NCBI GenBank assembly: GCA_030603445.1
Contig: JAUVXU010000003.1
Coordinates: 23,059 to 87,058, forward strand
From: Methanomicrobia archaeon
Lineage (GTDB): Archaea > Methanobacteriota_B > Thermococci > Methanofastidiosales > NM3
Length of the DNA stretch: 64,000 bases
Direction: 5' to 3'
The notes below the pieces were generated by a model, which was given only the letters and a program-made list of their open reading frames with translations, had not been told where the DNA came from and searched no databases. Positions 1-8,709 of the stretch are shown here, piece by piece (position 1 is the stretch's first letter; every line of letters begins with the position of its first letter). The position numbers and the translations under genes are program-made.

Positions 1-273
1 AAGGCCGATGCATTCAATTATATTGACCAAAAACATGACGGGGGGGCCGTCGTACATATGTAATTCGGGAAAAAATATGTGAAGAGAGGCAGTGATGATA
101 ATCACGATGCTTTTTAGCAAAAAAGCGGATGCAAAGAATATAAGGCCCATTGTGAACTTAGATTTTACATTCTTGTAGAGTCCCCGGAAAACGTAGAGCA
201 ATCCAAGTAATAGACAGAGGTTTATAACTTCCACCCCGAGCATTATGTATATCATCCATTCTGCTATAATCAT
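1..273 (-). CDS. hypothetical membrane protein (3' end runs off the window)
   Basis: Read by hand on the minus strand: ATG at 273-271, open to position 1 (MIIAEWMIYIMLGVEVINLCLLLGLLYVFRGLYKN...), hydrophobic. It lies 46 nt downstream of the ArsR-like ORF. It is absent from the ORF track because there is no stop inside the window. Confidence 0.45.
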   Translation of the reverse strand, partial: MIIAEWMIYIMLGVEVINLCLLLGLLYVFRGLYKNVKSKFTMGLIFFASAFLLKSIVIIITASLHIFFPELHMYDGPPVMFLVNIIECIGL

Positions 274-319
274 GTTCTTCCCTCTTTCACCAATTATTAT
301 AAATCATATCGTTCAGCTA

Positions 320-634
320 TTATTTTTTGCTGATTTGATCCCATATCTCCTTGAAAATATCGTAATTTTTTTCCGTACTAATCGAAAGGAAATACATTGT
401 GCCGTAGCTTTTCCCTCCAGACAATGAAATTATATTGTTATCTTCCAGGACTTTAAGATGATGTCTTACAGTCGTATAGTCCAATCCAAGTTTTTTAGTA
501 AGTTGATTTGCATTATAGGGCCTATCGTGAAGCATCTTGATTATTCTGGCACGATTCAAACCACCTTTCATTCCGCCAATTAAAAACCATAGGAGCCTTT
601 GCATATGTATATCTAACCCATTCGATCCAGACAT
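320..634 (-). CDS. ArsR/SmtB-type winged-helix transcriptional regulator
   Basis: 104 aa; HTH core NANQLTKKLGLDYTTVRHHLKVLEDNNIIS. Confidence 0.7.
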   Translation of the reverse strand: MSGSNGLDIHMQRLLWFLIGGMKGGLNRARIIKMLHDRPYNANQLTKKLGLDYTTVRHHLKVLEDNNIISLSGGKSYGTMYFLSISTEKNYDIFKEIWDQISKK

Positions 635-774
635 TCTATCATTCTCTATGGTTTTTATTCTTAGCTTTCTGTTGTGTTTGATATCTTAATCTATGATTTT
701 ATATACTTTGTTCATATTCCCTCTTTATTCTACAAGTCATGCACATCAATTACATGCCCTTTGTTGGTGATTTC

Positions 775-836
775 ACATAACGTCAGGAATATATGAAGTT
801 TTGTATAATGAAACAAAGCAAAATTTCGAGTTGTGA
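775..836. repeat. attC-like imperfect inverted repeat (short form)
   Basis: ACATAAC 775-781 ... GAAGTTTT/AAAATTTC stem ... GTTGTGA 830-836. Lies between the methyltransferase and ArsR cassettes. Confidence 0.6.
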
Positions 837-872
837 TTCCACCATATAAAAAAGATAGTTTCCGTCGGTAAC

Positions 873-1427
873 CTAATTTTCTAAAATAATCGCTCTGCTA
901 AAAAGCACCTTTTCTTTTTTAGATCGTTTTAATCCCGCTTCCTTTGCAATATTTATTGTATCTTCAAAAGCATTTTTAGAAACATGGAACATAGGTTCTA
1001 TAATAAACATTTTTCCATTTGTTTTTAACATAGACTTTATTTCTTTAAAAAAATTCATTTGATTAGGGACTTCATGAATCATATAAAAAGCTAGAACAAA
1101 ATCAACTTTTTCTGAGATTCCAATTTTGTTCTTTTCGCATTGATGTAATTTGATTCTTTTTTCAATTTCTGTTCCTATAATTTTATTTTCTACTTTTTTG
1201 AGCATGCCTTCTTGTAGATCTGCTGCAATGACTTTGCCTGTTTTACCAACCATTTTTGCCATTTCGATTGAAAAAAGTCCTGGACCACATCCGACATCTA
1301 ATGCGATCATTCCTTCTTTAACATAATCTTTTAGAAGTTTTTTAGGGTTATGAACCCATTTTCTAAAAATATTATCAAGATTTCCTGCATTTTCAACTGG
1401 GCATATTCTTTCATTTTTTTCTTTCAT
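873..1427 (-). CDS. class I SAM-dependent methyltransferase
   Basis: 184 aa; motif I ALDVGCGPGLFS. Confidence 0.85.
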   Translation of the reverse strand: MKEKNERICPVENAGNLDNIFRKWVHNPKKLLKDYVKEGMIALDVGCGPGLFSIEMAKMVGKTGKVIAADLQEGMLKKVENKIIGTEIEKRIKLHQCEKNKIGISEKVDFVLAFYMIHEVPNQMNFFKEIKSMLKTNGKMFIIEPMFHVSKNAFEDTINIAKEAGLKRSKKEKVLFSRAIILEN

Positions 1428-1446
1428 ATTTTATCATCTCTTTTCA

Positions 1447-1803
1447 TTATGATAATTTAAAAGATTCTTTAATATAAAATTCTACTTTTTTGTTTTTAAT
1501 GTCTTCAAACAGGAAAATTTTTATGTGTCTTCTCTGTTTTCCTGTTCCTTCTAAAATATTATCAGGATCAGGTATCATCGCCCCCAAGCTAAACTCAACG
1601 GAAATATGATTTTTTCTGATAAATATTCCACAAATTAATTTTGTATCAATTATAAAAACTAAACCGCCATATTTTATTTCTTCTTTTGCATCAGGTTTTA
1701 TTTCTAAAACCATTTTTCTTAAAGAGATTAGTATCTCTCCTTTTTCTTCATCAATAAAAAGTGTGTCTTGAATAAAGTTATCAATTTTAGGATTTGCTTT
1801 CAT
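1447..1803 (-). CDS. DUF1801 (YdhG-like) domain protein
   Basis: 118 aa. Size and EEIKYGGLVF / ISVEFSLG pattern resemble DUF1801 (assigned from memory). It lies 19 nt upstream of the methyltransferase with no repeat between them. Confidence 0.55.
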   Translation of the reverse strand: MKANPKIDNFIQDTLFIDEEKGEILISLRKMVLEIKPDAKEEIKYGGLVFIIDTKLICGIFIRKNHISVEFSLGAMIPDPDNILEGTGKQRRHIKIFLFEDIKNKKVEFYIKESFKLS

Positions 1804-1863
1804 AGTTATAATAATTCATCTTAGCTATTTAAATATTCATTTTTAGGTGAGGGACAAAATTTT

Positions 1864-1919
1864 GCCTAACGTTTCGCGGATATGAGAAGTTGCAAACGAA
1901 GTAAGCAATTTGGGTGATC
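1864..1919. repeat. attC-like imperfect inverted repeat (short form)
   Basis: GCCTAAC 1864-1870 ... GAGAAGTT ... CGAAG ... GCAATTTGG GTGATCT 1913-1919. It may extend to GTTTCAT 1927-1933, abutting the stop of the upstream ORF. Confidence 0.5.
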
Positions 1920-1932
1920 TCTGGGCGTTTCA

Positions 1933-2280
1933 TTAGCTCATCAATTTATATGATTCTTTAAGAAAGGCAACAAATTTTGTGTCAATGTCATCGGGTGTTT
2001 TTAATCTGAAATAATTGTGATATCTATTCTTTGACACTTGTTCGCATCTAATAATTCTCTCATCCTCGATAGGATGATCTAAAACCATATTGAAATCCAA
2101 CCAATTCTTTTTTGGATGAACTCCGCCAAAATCAGATTTACTTGTTAGATGAATACAAGTCTTCTTCGGGTTAATTTCTACTTGACCAATGTTTTTCTCA
2201 ATAGTTTCTACAATTTTCAAGTAAGTTTGATATACAATTGGATTTCTTTCTGAAAATAATTTTTCTGTTAATGAGTTCAT
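1933..2280 (-). CDS. small hypothetical protein (DUF5655-like)
   Basis: 115 aa ORF with codon usage consistent with its neighbours. The family call is weak. Confidence 0.5.
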   Translation of the reverse strand: MNSLTEKLFSERNPIVYQTYLKIVETIEKNIGQVEINPKKTCIHLTSKSDFGGVHPKKNWLDFNMVLDHPIEDERIIRCEQVSKNRYHNYFRLKTPDDIDTKFVAFLKESYKLMS

Positions 2281-2311
2281 TTTACCAATTTCTATTCCTA
2301 TAACATCTTTT

Positions 2312-2890
2312 TCATTTTCTCAGTTTCAAACAATAGTTCTTTCGCTTTACAATTTCATCCAATATTGAATGAAAAATCTTAGATTTATCTTTAATTTCTA
2401 ACCCGATAGAATCTTTCTTCGCTTTAGTTAATGCCTCTTTCAATTCTTCAACTTCAAAAATAGTAACGGCTATACAATAGTAGTTTTTCGAGCGCCCTTC
2501 ATTAAAATCTTGCAACATCTCCTTGAGTAATTTTTCTCTGATTTTCTGCACCTTTTCAAACTCACTAGCTCCATGCTTCCAGATAAAAGAAATATTATCT
2601 TCAAGTTTTTGATAACATTTGAATGTATCATGCAGTTTCCCAAATTCCCTATGCTTTTTCCATTTCTCACAAATTTGATTTTCCTCACAATCCGAGCAAA
2701 ACTCAATTCCTTTTTTCTTTACTGCACAAGTGATAAAAGGACAGCCGGCACCCATTCTAAATTCACTCTTGCACCCTTCGCATTTGCTTTTAGCCTCTGT
2801 ATGGTATCTAGGACAGAGTCTGCAAGAGAGCCCACAAATTCCGATTTCAGGGTATTTAATTTGCATGATTATTTCTTTTGACATATACAT
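2312..2890 (-). CDS. DUF3795 Cys-rich protein
   Basis: 192 aa; CGLSCRLCP ... CEGCKS ... GCPFITCA ... FCSDCEE cysteine pattern. Confidence 0.65.
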   Translation of the reverse strand: MYMSKEIIMQIKYPEIGICGLSCRLCPRYHTEAKSKCEGCKSEFRMGAGCPFITCAVKKKGIEFCSDCEENQICEKWKKHREFGKLHDTFKCYQKLEDNISFIWKHGASEFEKVQKIREKLLKEMLQDFNEGRSKNYYCIAVTIFEVEELKEALTKAKKDSIGLEIKDKSKIFHSILDEIVKRKNYCLKLRK

Positions 2891-2935
2891 TATATCCAGT
2901 AATATTTGTCACTTCAAAGAAGGAGTTCAGATTTT

Positions 2936-3015
2936 ATATAATGTTTGGCAGATAAAAGAAGTTACCAAAGGCAATTTGGGCGAAGCAAAGCGGAGTCGTG
3001 CAGTCGCTGTTAGGC
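2936..3015. repeat. attC-like imperfect inverted repeat (long form, 5' core degenerate)
   Basis: ATATAAT 2936-2942 ... AGAAGTTACC ... GGCAATTTGGGCGAAGC ... GTTAGGC 3009-3015. Confidence 0.5.
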
Positions 3016-3099
3016 GGCGTAATTAGGTTAGAGTCTCTAAAATATCCATTAAATTTATCAAATCCTCTGTTATATGATGACACGTATAATTCCTTTATT

Positions 3100-4083
3100 C
3101 TATTTTATATGGTATAACAGTTCCATTGCTTTTTTCTCTTTTTCTGATAAATCAACTAAAATTTCAGACGCTTGATTTATAAATTCAATATCTTTTGTTT
3201 TACCTGCTTTGTCAAATAGAGTTGAGACTTTTGCCCATTGATTCGCAATATCGGAAAACATTTTGTATGCTTGATTTAATTGTTCTATTTGCAACAAATC
3301 ATAACTTTCTTTTAAAAAGTCCCTGTAAAGATTTCGGAAAAGAGCTCCACCTGTTCCGGCTTTTTCCATTAACATTGCTGTTGTTGTAAAATCTCTTTCA
3401 ATGTCTTTACTGCTTTTGAACCATTTTTTTATTTCAACACTTGTTTTTAATATGCCTTTGTATCCTATGTTCTTTATTGGTGGGTTTAGATAATCTTTTG
3501 CATTATTCTTTATTGCTGTAATAATAGATTTTTTTAGGTTGTAGCTTTTTTCTGTTTTCTGAATAGTATAAAATAGATTTCTTGAAGACATTGGGCCTTT
3601 TTCATTTCGAGCTAATTCAAGGTTTTTTAAAGATGTTTTTACTTTTCCACCTTGTTGTTGAGTATCAATCAAATATGCAAATTCATTATCATATCCATAC
3701 ATTGCAACATAATGGCCTGCAAAATGAAATTTATTTGTAAAATATTCTAAATGATAGCAATCTAATTTTAAACCAACTGCAACTCCTTGATCAATATTGT
3801 TTTTCACGCTTTCCCATGCTTTTTTTATTGAAGATGTTTCTTTTACTATTAATTTTAAATTCAAATTATTCGTAATATTCTGAGTAAGAACATCTGGTTT
3901 TATTCTTCCGCCAATAAATGGGAAATCCATTATTTTCATATTCCAAAAAATAAAACCTAAACCTTCCCCTAATCCAAAAAGCATTGGTTCAGAAAGTTTA
4001 ATTCCAAGTTGATTCAATAAACTTCCAGTTGCTGTAGTTTCACAATGTTGTCCATTAAACTGCCTGAAATTTTTAATTGTCAT
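3100..4083 (-). CDS. BtrH-N/DUF4872-like (papain-like peptidase fold) protein
   Basis: 327 aa; N-terminus FNGQHCETTATGSLLNQLG resembles the BtrH N-terminal domain (from memory). Confidence 0.55.
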   Translation of the reverse strand: MTIKNFRQFNGQHCETTATGSLLNQLGIKLSEPMLFGLGEGLGFIFWNMKIMDFPFIGGRIKPDVLTQNITNNLNLKLIVKETSSIKKAWESVKNNIDQGVAVGLKLDCYHLEYFTNKFHFAGHYVAMYGYDNEFAYLIDTQQQGGKVKTSLKNLELARNEKGPMSSRNLFYTIQKTEKSYNLKKSIITAIKNNAKDYLNPPIKNIGYKGILKTSVEIKKWFKSSKDIERDFTTTAMLMEKAGTGGALFRNLYRDFLKESYDLLQIEQLNQAYKMFSDIANQWAKVSTLFDKAGKTKDIEFINQASEILVDLSEKEKKAMELLYHIK

Positions 4084-4114
4084 GATGTTTTCCTCTTTTT
4101 TTATGCGTGCTTTA

Positions 4115-4194
4115 ATATAACGTTTTAATAGTACAAGAAGTTGTCGAAGGCAATTTGGGGAAATATTTAGCTTCCCTCTTATCCGCTGTTGTGT
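4115..4194. repeat. attC-like imperfect inverted repeat (long form)
   Basis: ATATAAC 4115-4121 ... AGAAGTTGTCGAAGGCAATTTGGGG ... AGCTTCCCTCTT ... GTTGTGT 4188-4194. The arms pair with bulges. Confidence 0.6.
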
Positions 4195-4292
4195 GAGTGC
4201 AGCAGCACCGAAGCGTAACTAAGTGAGCTCAGAAATCAATTGTTCAGATGAGTGAATGCGATACATTAATAATACAAATTAAAGGGCAAATC

Positions 4293-5141
4293 TTACATAT
4301 CCTCCATTACAGGTTTATCTTCAATAAAATTAGAAGGCAATCCAATTTTCTTAAAATAATCAACCATTGACATGCATGCGAATTTTTCAGTAGAATAATG
4401 AGTTCCACCCAAAACATTTATTCTATGTTTTTCAGCAAATTCATGTGCTTTTTTTGAATGATCGTTTTTTGCAGTAATTCCTGTAACTAAAACATTTACC
4501 TTGTTTTGTGCTATTTCTTCGATGGTCTCATCTAAGCCACCGCCTGCGACAACTGCAACAGTTCCATTTGATATTTCACTATCCCCATAATTATACAAAC
4601 TAACCTTGTGGCCGACCATTTCTTGAAATTTTCTTCTTAAATCTTGAACTGTTGCTAAATCAGTTTTTCCAAACACTCCGCACAAGGAGCCAAAGTAGAG
4701 GGCAAAAGGTTTTTCCGGTTTAATATCTAATGCTTTTGCTAAAGTGACGCTTGTTGAATATTTCCCATAATTATCCAGAGGTACATGAAGATTGTAAATA
4801 GATATTCTTCTATCTTTGAATTGTTGCAATAATTTTCTATCCATCTGCTGAAAAACTTCTGGGGCTTTTCTAATATCCCATATCGAGGGATGATGAACAA
4901 AAAGCATCGCATCTTGAGTCCCGTCATCTAAAATTCTTTGCATAACCTCTCTTGATGGAAAAACAGCAGTATATACTTTATTAATTTCTGTTGCAAAATC
5001 ACAAACTAAACCCATTGATCTTTTCTTAAAGTTCTCACTAAGAAAATCAGCAACAGAGTCCATATACTCTGCCCATTCATCACTCATTTCTGGAGTGATA
5101 AAATCTTTTTCAAGTCGTTGATATAGTTGTGTTGCTTTCAT
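4293..5141 (-). CDS. Nif3-like dinuclear metal-centre protein
   Basis: 282 aa; LFVHHPSIWD and LGGTHYSTE motifs of the NIF3 family. Confidence 0.75.
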   Translation of the reverse strand: MKATQLYQRLEKDFITPEMSDEWAEYMDSVADFLSENFKKRSMGLVCDFATEINKVYTAVFPSREVMQRILDDGTQDAMLFVHHPSIWDIRKAPEVFQQMDRKLLQQFKDRRISIYNLHVPLDNYGKYSTSVTLAKALDIKPEKPFALYFGSLCGVFGKTDLATVQDLRRKFQEMVGHKVSLYNYGDSEISNGTVAVVAGGGLDETIEEIAQNKVNVLVTGITAKNDHSKKAHEFAEKHRINVLGGTHYSTEKFACMSMVDYFKKIGLPSNFIEDKPVMEDM

Positions 5142-5200
5142 AATAAAATTAAATAAACTTAATATTTTATAAGATTTGCTTCATTTGAAGAAAATAAGGC

Positions 5201-5602
5201 TTATTTGTGGGGTGCACAACGTATTAACCATAAACCGGTTAACAGGGCCATCAAGCTACCAAAACCATAGTAACCACAGATCCAATCAGCAACCATTGCC
5301 ACACCGCTGACAAGAGCCACATATTGTGCAATTTTAATCTCTGTAATGCCTTTAGCATATCGCAGTCGCCAGCCCCAGACGACATTCAATCCAGCTGAAA
5401 TAAGCACTATTAATCCACAAACTAGTCCTACGACTGGCGAAACCGAGTGCCAAGAAGATACTGGTGCCAACTTTCCACCTGGTGAAAAGAAAAGTGTCAG
5501 GTCCTGTGCTCCTCCATAAAGCATCAATATCCCGCCCAGAAGGAACACAACCAACCATGCCCAATGATGAAATCCTTGTTTTTTATATATATTTTCCATC
5601 AT
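5201..5602 (-). CDS. hypothetical membrane protein (about 4 TM)
   Basis: 133 aa, hydrophobic segments throughout. Confidence 0.55.
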   Translation of the reverse strand: MMENIYKKQGFHHWAWLVVFLLGGILMLYGGAQDLTLFFSPGGKLAPVSSWHSVSPVVGLVCGLIVLISAGLNVVWGWRLRYAKGITEIKIAQYVALVSGVAMVADWICGYYGFGSLMALLTGLWLIRCAPHK

Positions 5603-5630
5603 GATTAACTGTCCTTTGTCCTTTAAAAAT

Positions 5631-6077
5631 TTATAACTTCTTTTTCATTTCAATGGTGTCCCCAAAATCTTCTGAATGAAGCATTTTTATTTTCTTATAT
5701 CCCCTGTGTTTGTAAAATTCAAAAGAAGTCAAGCTAGAAGATAATTTGGCTGTTTTGTATCCGTTCTTTTTTGCTAAATCTTCAACTCTGTCCATTAGCT
5801 TTGAGCCAATGCCTTTGCCATGAATATTTGGATTAACAAAAACGGTCGATATATTATCATCTTTTAAACTAGCAGTTCCGAGAATTTTTTCATTCTCCGC
5901 GGCAACAAAAACATTTCTTTCTTTTGAATACTGAATTAGTTTAGCAGGGGTGAAATGCTTATGCATAAATTCTATTACACTTTTTGGATAATCTTTACTA
6001 TTGACCTCAGAAAGGCACTTTCTAGTTAAGTTAGAAACTTTTCTTGCATCTTCTTTTTTGAAGTTCCTAATACGCAT
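5631..6077 (-). CDS. GNAT family N-acetyltransferase
   Basis: 148 aa; VFVNPNIHGKGIGSKLMDRVEDLAKKNGY acetyl-CoA binding motif. Confidence 0.85.
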   Translation of the reverse strand: MRIRNFKKEDARKVSNLTRKCLSEVNSKDYPKSVIEFMHKHFTPAKLIQYSKERNVFVAAENEKILGTASLKDDNISTVFVNPNIHGKGIGSKLMDRVEDLAKKNGYKTAKLSSSLTSFEFYKHRGYKKIKMLHSEDFGDTIEMKKKL

Positions 6078-6133
6078 AGTATTAATAAGAATTTAAGATG
6101 CTATAAATTTTCTGTTCTCAGACGCAAAAGTGA

Positions 6134-6196
6134 ATACAATATTTTGAATATACGAAGTTTAGCAGAAAATTCCGAAAAGTAAAATTTGAGCTCCAA
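6134..6196. repeat. attC-like repeat, both core heptamers degenerate
   Basis: ATACAAT 6134-6140, 13 nt spacer, GAAGTTT 6154-6160 ... AAAATTTGA GCTCCAA 6190-6196. It has the same geometry as 775-836, but with AAC>AAT and GTT>GCT. Confidence 0.5.
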
Positions 6197-6333
6197 TCCA
6201 TATTTCCTTATTGCCCGGATACGCAACATAGAATATTTTAAAAAGAATCAAGTAAATACATTTACCATACATATTGAAAAAATTGGCAGAGAAATGTTGC
6301 AGATACTTTGTCAAAATTAAGGGATGAATAAAA

Positions 6334-7758
6334 ATGTTGGAAAAACATCAACTACTAATTAAAACACTTAATGAAAAACAAAAAGCCTATTTAAATTTAA
6401 ATTTGCCGAATCCAAGAAATGGAGAATATCTTCTTACAGTTTTTCATCTTATCCCTGGAGAAAAATTAAATATCTTGCAAGCAGCAGCAGAAGTTGCGGC
6501 CGAATCTTCTACTGGAACAAATTTTAAGGTAGATACGGAAACGCCCTTTTCTAGAGAAATGAACGCTCTTGTTTACCAACTTGATTTAAAAAGAGAATTA
6601 GTGTGGATAGCTTACCCCTGGAGACTTTTTGATAGGGGAGGAAATATTCAAAATATCTTTACATATATAGTGGGAAATGTTTTGGGAATGAAACAAGTCA
6701 ATGCCCTAAAATTATTAGATGTGTGGTTCCCTCCTGCAATGCTTGAACAATATGATGGTCCGAGTTATACGATTGATGATATGAGAAAATATTTAGATGT
6801 ATATGACAGACCTATTCTTGGAACCATTGTAAAGCCAAAAATGGGGCTTACATCTTCTGAGTATGCAGAAGTGGCTTATGATTTTTGGGCAGGAGGCGGA
6901 GATTTTGTCAAAAATGATGAGCCGCAGGCAAACCAGGATTTTTGTCCATATGACAAGATGGTAAAATATGTAAAAGAAGCAATGGATAAAGCAGTTAAAG
7001 ATACTGGAAAGAAAAAGGTCCATTCTTTCAATGTTTCTGCAGCTGATTTTGACACGATGGTTGAAAGATGTGAAATGATTATAAATGCTGGTTTTGAACC
7101 TGGAAGTTACGCATTTTTAATTGATGGAATTACTGCCGGGTGGATGGCAGTTCAAACTTTAAGAAGAAAATATCCAGATGTATTTATTCATTTTCATAGG
7201 GCGGCCCATGGGGCGTTTACAAGAGTAGAAAATCCATTGGGTTTTTCAGTTTTAGTTCTATCTAAATTTGCAAGGTTGGCAGGAGCATCAGGGATCCATA
7301 CTGGAACGGCTGGCGTTGGAAAGATGTCTGGAAACCCGGAAGAAGATGTTGTAGCTGCACATAACATTCAATACTTTACAGCAAAAGGGCATTTCTTTGA
7401 ACAGAGCTGGGGAAAGATTCCTGAAAAAGATGAAGATGCGATAAAACTTGTTCATGAAGATCTTACACATCTTCTTATTTTAGAAGATGATAGCTGGAGA
7501 GGAATGAAAAAATGCTGCCCCATTATCTCGGGAGGGTTAAATCCAGTTTTGTTAAAACCATTTATTGACATAATGAACAATACTAATTTTATAACTACAA
7601 TGGGGGCGGGGGTTCATGCTCATCCGGGAGGAACAAAAGCAGGAGCTAAGGCATTGGTTCAGGCGTGCGAAGCTTATAAAAAAGGAATAGATATTGAAAA
7701 ATATTCCAAGAAACACAGCGAGTTGGCAGATGCCATAAAATTCTTCTCAAAAAAATAA
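6334..7758 (+). CDS. rbcL: ribulose-1,5-bisphosphate carboxylase/oxygenase, form II/III large subunit
   Basis: 474 aa. Catalytic motifs present: VKPKMG, GGDFVKNDEPQ, HFHRAAHGA, GIHTGTAGVGKM, ISGGLN. A 29-aa insertion (KIPEKDEDAIKLVHEDLTHLLILEDDSWR) precedes GMKKCCPIISGG, as in Methanococcoides-type II/III enzymes. Confidence 0.95.
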   Translation: MLEKHQLLIKTLNEKQKAYLNLNLPNPRNGEYLLTVFHLIPGEKLNILQAAAEVAAESSTGTNFKVDTETPFSREMNALVYQLDLKRELVWIAYPWRLFDRGGNIQNIFTYIVGNVLGMKQVNALKLLDVWFPPAMLEQYDGPSYTIDDMRKYLDVYDRPILGTIVKPKMGLTSSEYAEVAYDFWAGGGDFVKNDEPQANQDFCPYDKMVKYVKEAMDKAVKDTGKKKVHSFNVSAADFDTMVERCEMIINAGFEPGSYAFLIDGITAGWMAVQTLRRKYPDVFIHFHRAAHGAFTRVENPLGFSVLVLSKFARLAGASGIHTGTAGVGKMSGNPEEDVVAAHNIQYFTAKGHFFEQSWGKIPEKDEDAIKLVHEDLTHLLILEDDSWRGMKKCCPIISGGLNPVLLKPFIDIMNNTNFITTMGAGVHAHPGGTKAGAKALVQACEAYKKGIDIEKYSKKHSELADAIKFFSKK

Positions 7759-7759
7759 A

Positions 7760-7878
7760 TTAAAGTAGAAATTGATGAGGATAGTGAAAGAAGTTAATGA
7801 GCTATAATCTTTGTTGAAAATCTTTTCAATTCCAAAAAGAGCACTCAAAAGATAGAAAACTAAAAATTTGAGTTAATC
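7760..7878. repeat. attC-like repeat (long spacer, 5' boundary uncertain)
   Basis: AGAAGTT 7789-7795 ... AAAAATTTGA GTTAATC 7872-7878. Lies between the rbcL stop and the GNAT stop. Confidence 0.45.
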
Positions 7879-7886
7879 ATAATTCT

Positions 7887-8363
7887 CTATAATAATATTC
7901 TCATTTTAACAAATTGGTGTTTGTCCCCATTTGTTTCCTGCATATACTCTTCAACTATCTCAAATCCTATCTTTTTGTATGTTTTTATTGCACGTTCATT
8001 AAACTTTGCTACTACTAACATTATATAATGCCCATCATATCCATAATGCTTTATACCAAATTTTATACCAGACATTGCAAAATCGGACCCATACCCTTTT
8101 CCTGTATATTTGGGGTTAAGCCCAAAACCAACCCACATGACATTATAGATAAAAGAAAAAGAATAAAAACCAATCAATTCTTTGGATTGATTTAAGACCG
8201 CAAATATATACTTCCATTGTTTTAAATCCAAGAAATCATTTAAATCTTCTTCATCAGCAGTCATATCATAAAAAGAATAAATACCTTCATATTTCCACTG
8301 ATAAGCAATTTCATTGGCATATTTTTCATTCATTGGGACATAATTATATTTCATAGAGATCAT
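7887..8363 (-). CDS. GNAT family N-acetyltransferase
   Basis: 158 aa; LNPKYTGKGYGSDF and NERAIKTYKKIGFE motifs. Confidence 0.8.
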   Translation of the reverse strand: MISMKYNYVPMNEKYANEIAYQWKYEGIYSFYDMTADEEDLNDFLDLKQWKYIFAVLNQSKELIGFYSFSFIYNVMWVGFGLNPKYTGKGYGSDFAMSGIKFGIKHYGYDGHYIMLVVAKFNERAIKTYKKIGFEIVEEYMQETNGDKHQFVKMRILL

Positions 8364-8380
8364 TTTTAGAGATGTATTTT

Positions 8381-8452
8381 AGATAACTATTTTAAACGGA
8401 TCTTCTGTTCGCTTAACATTCTTCTTAGGATTTAAAGCGAGATTTGATTAAA
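8381..8452. repeat. attC-like repeat, second sequence family, 3' half decayed
   Basis: AGATAAC 8381-8387 ... TTCGCTTAA/TTTAAAGCGA hairpin. Homologous to 12799-12877. Confidence 0.45.
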
Positions 8453-8602
8453 TCCAAATAAAAATATTTTGGAAATAAATAAATCTTTCCCCAAACCATT
8501 TTAAAAAAGTTAAATATATTTGATAATACTAATGCTGTAAAAACCTCATTTTTATAACAATGTTCTTTTTAGATTTTGTATAAAATTATCTTTTTTTGCA
8601 CC

Positions 8603-8694
8603 CTTAAGATTGTGATAAAAAAGAGAAGTTTTCACGAATTGAAGATTTGAGTGAGACACGAGCCGAGTGTCAAACCTTTTATCCATTGTTAGAC
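8603..8694. repeat. attC-like imperfect inverted repeat (long form)
   Basis: ATAAAAAAGAGAAGTTTTCAC pairs with GTGTCAAACCTTTTAT. Ends with GTTAGAC 8688-8694, a perfect GTTRRRY. Confidence 0.55.
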
Positions 8695-8709
8695 GACGAG
8701 CCAAAAACA

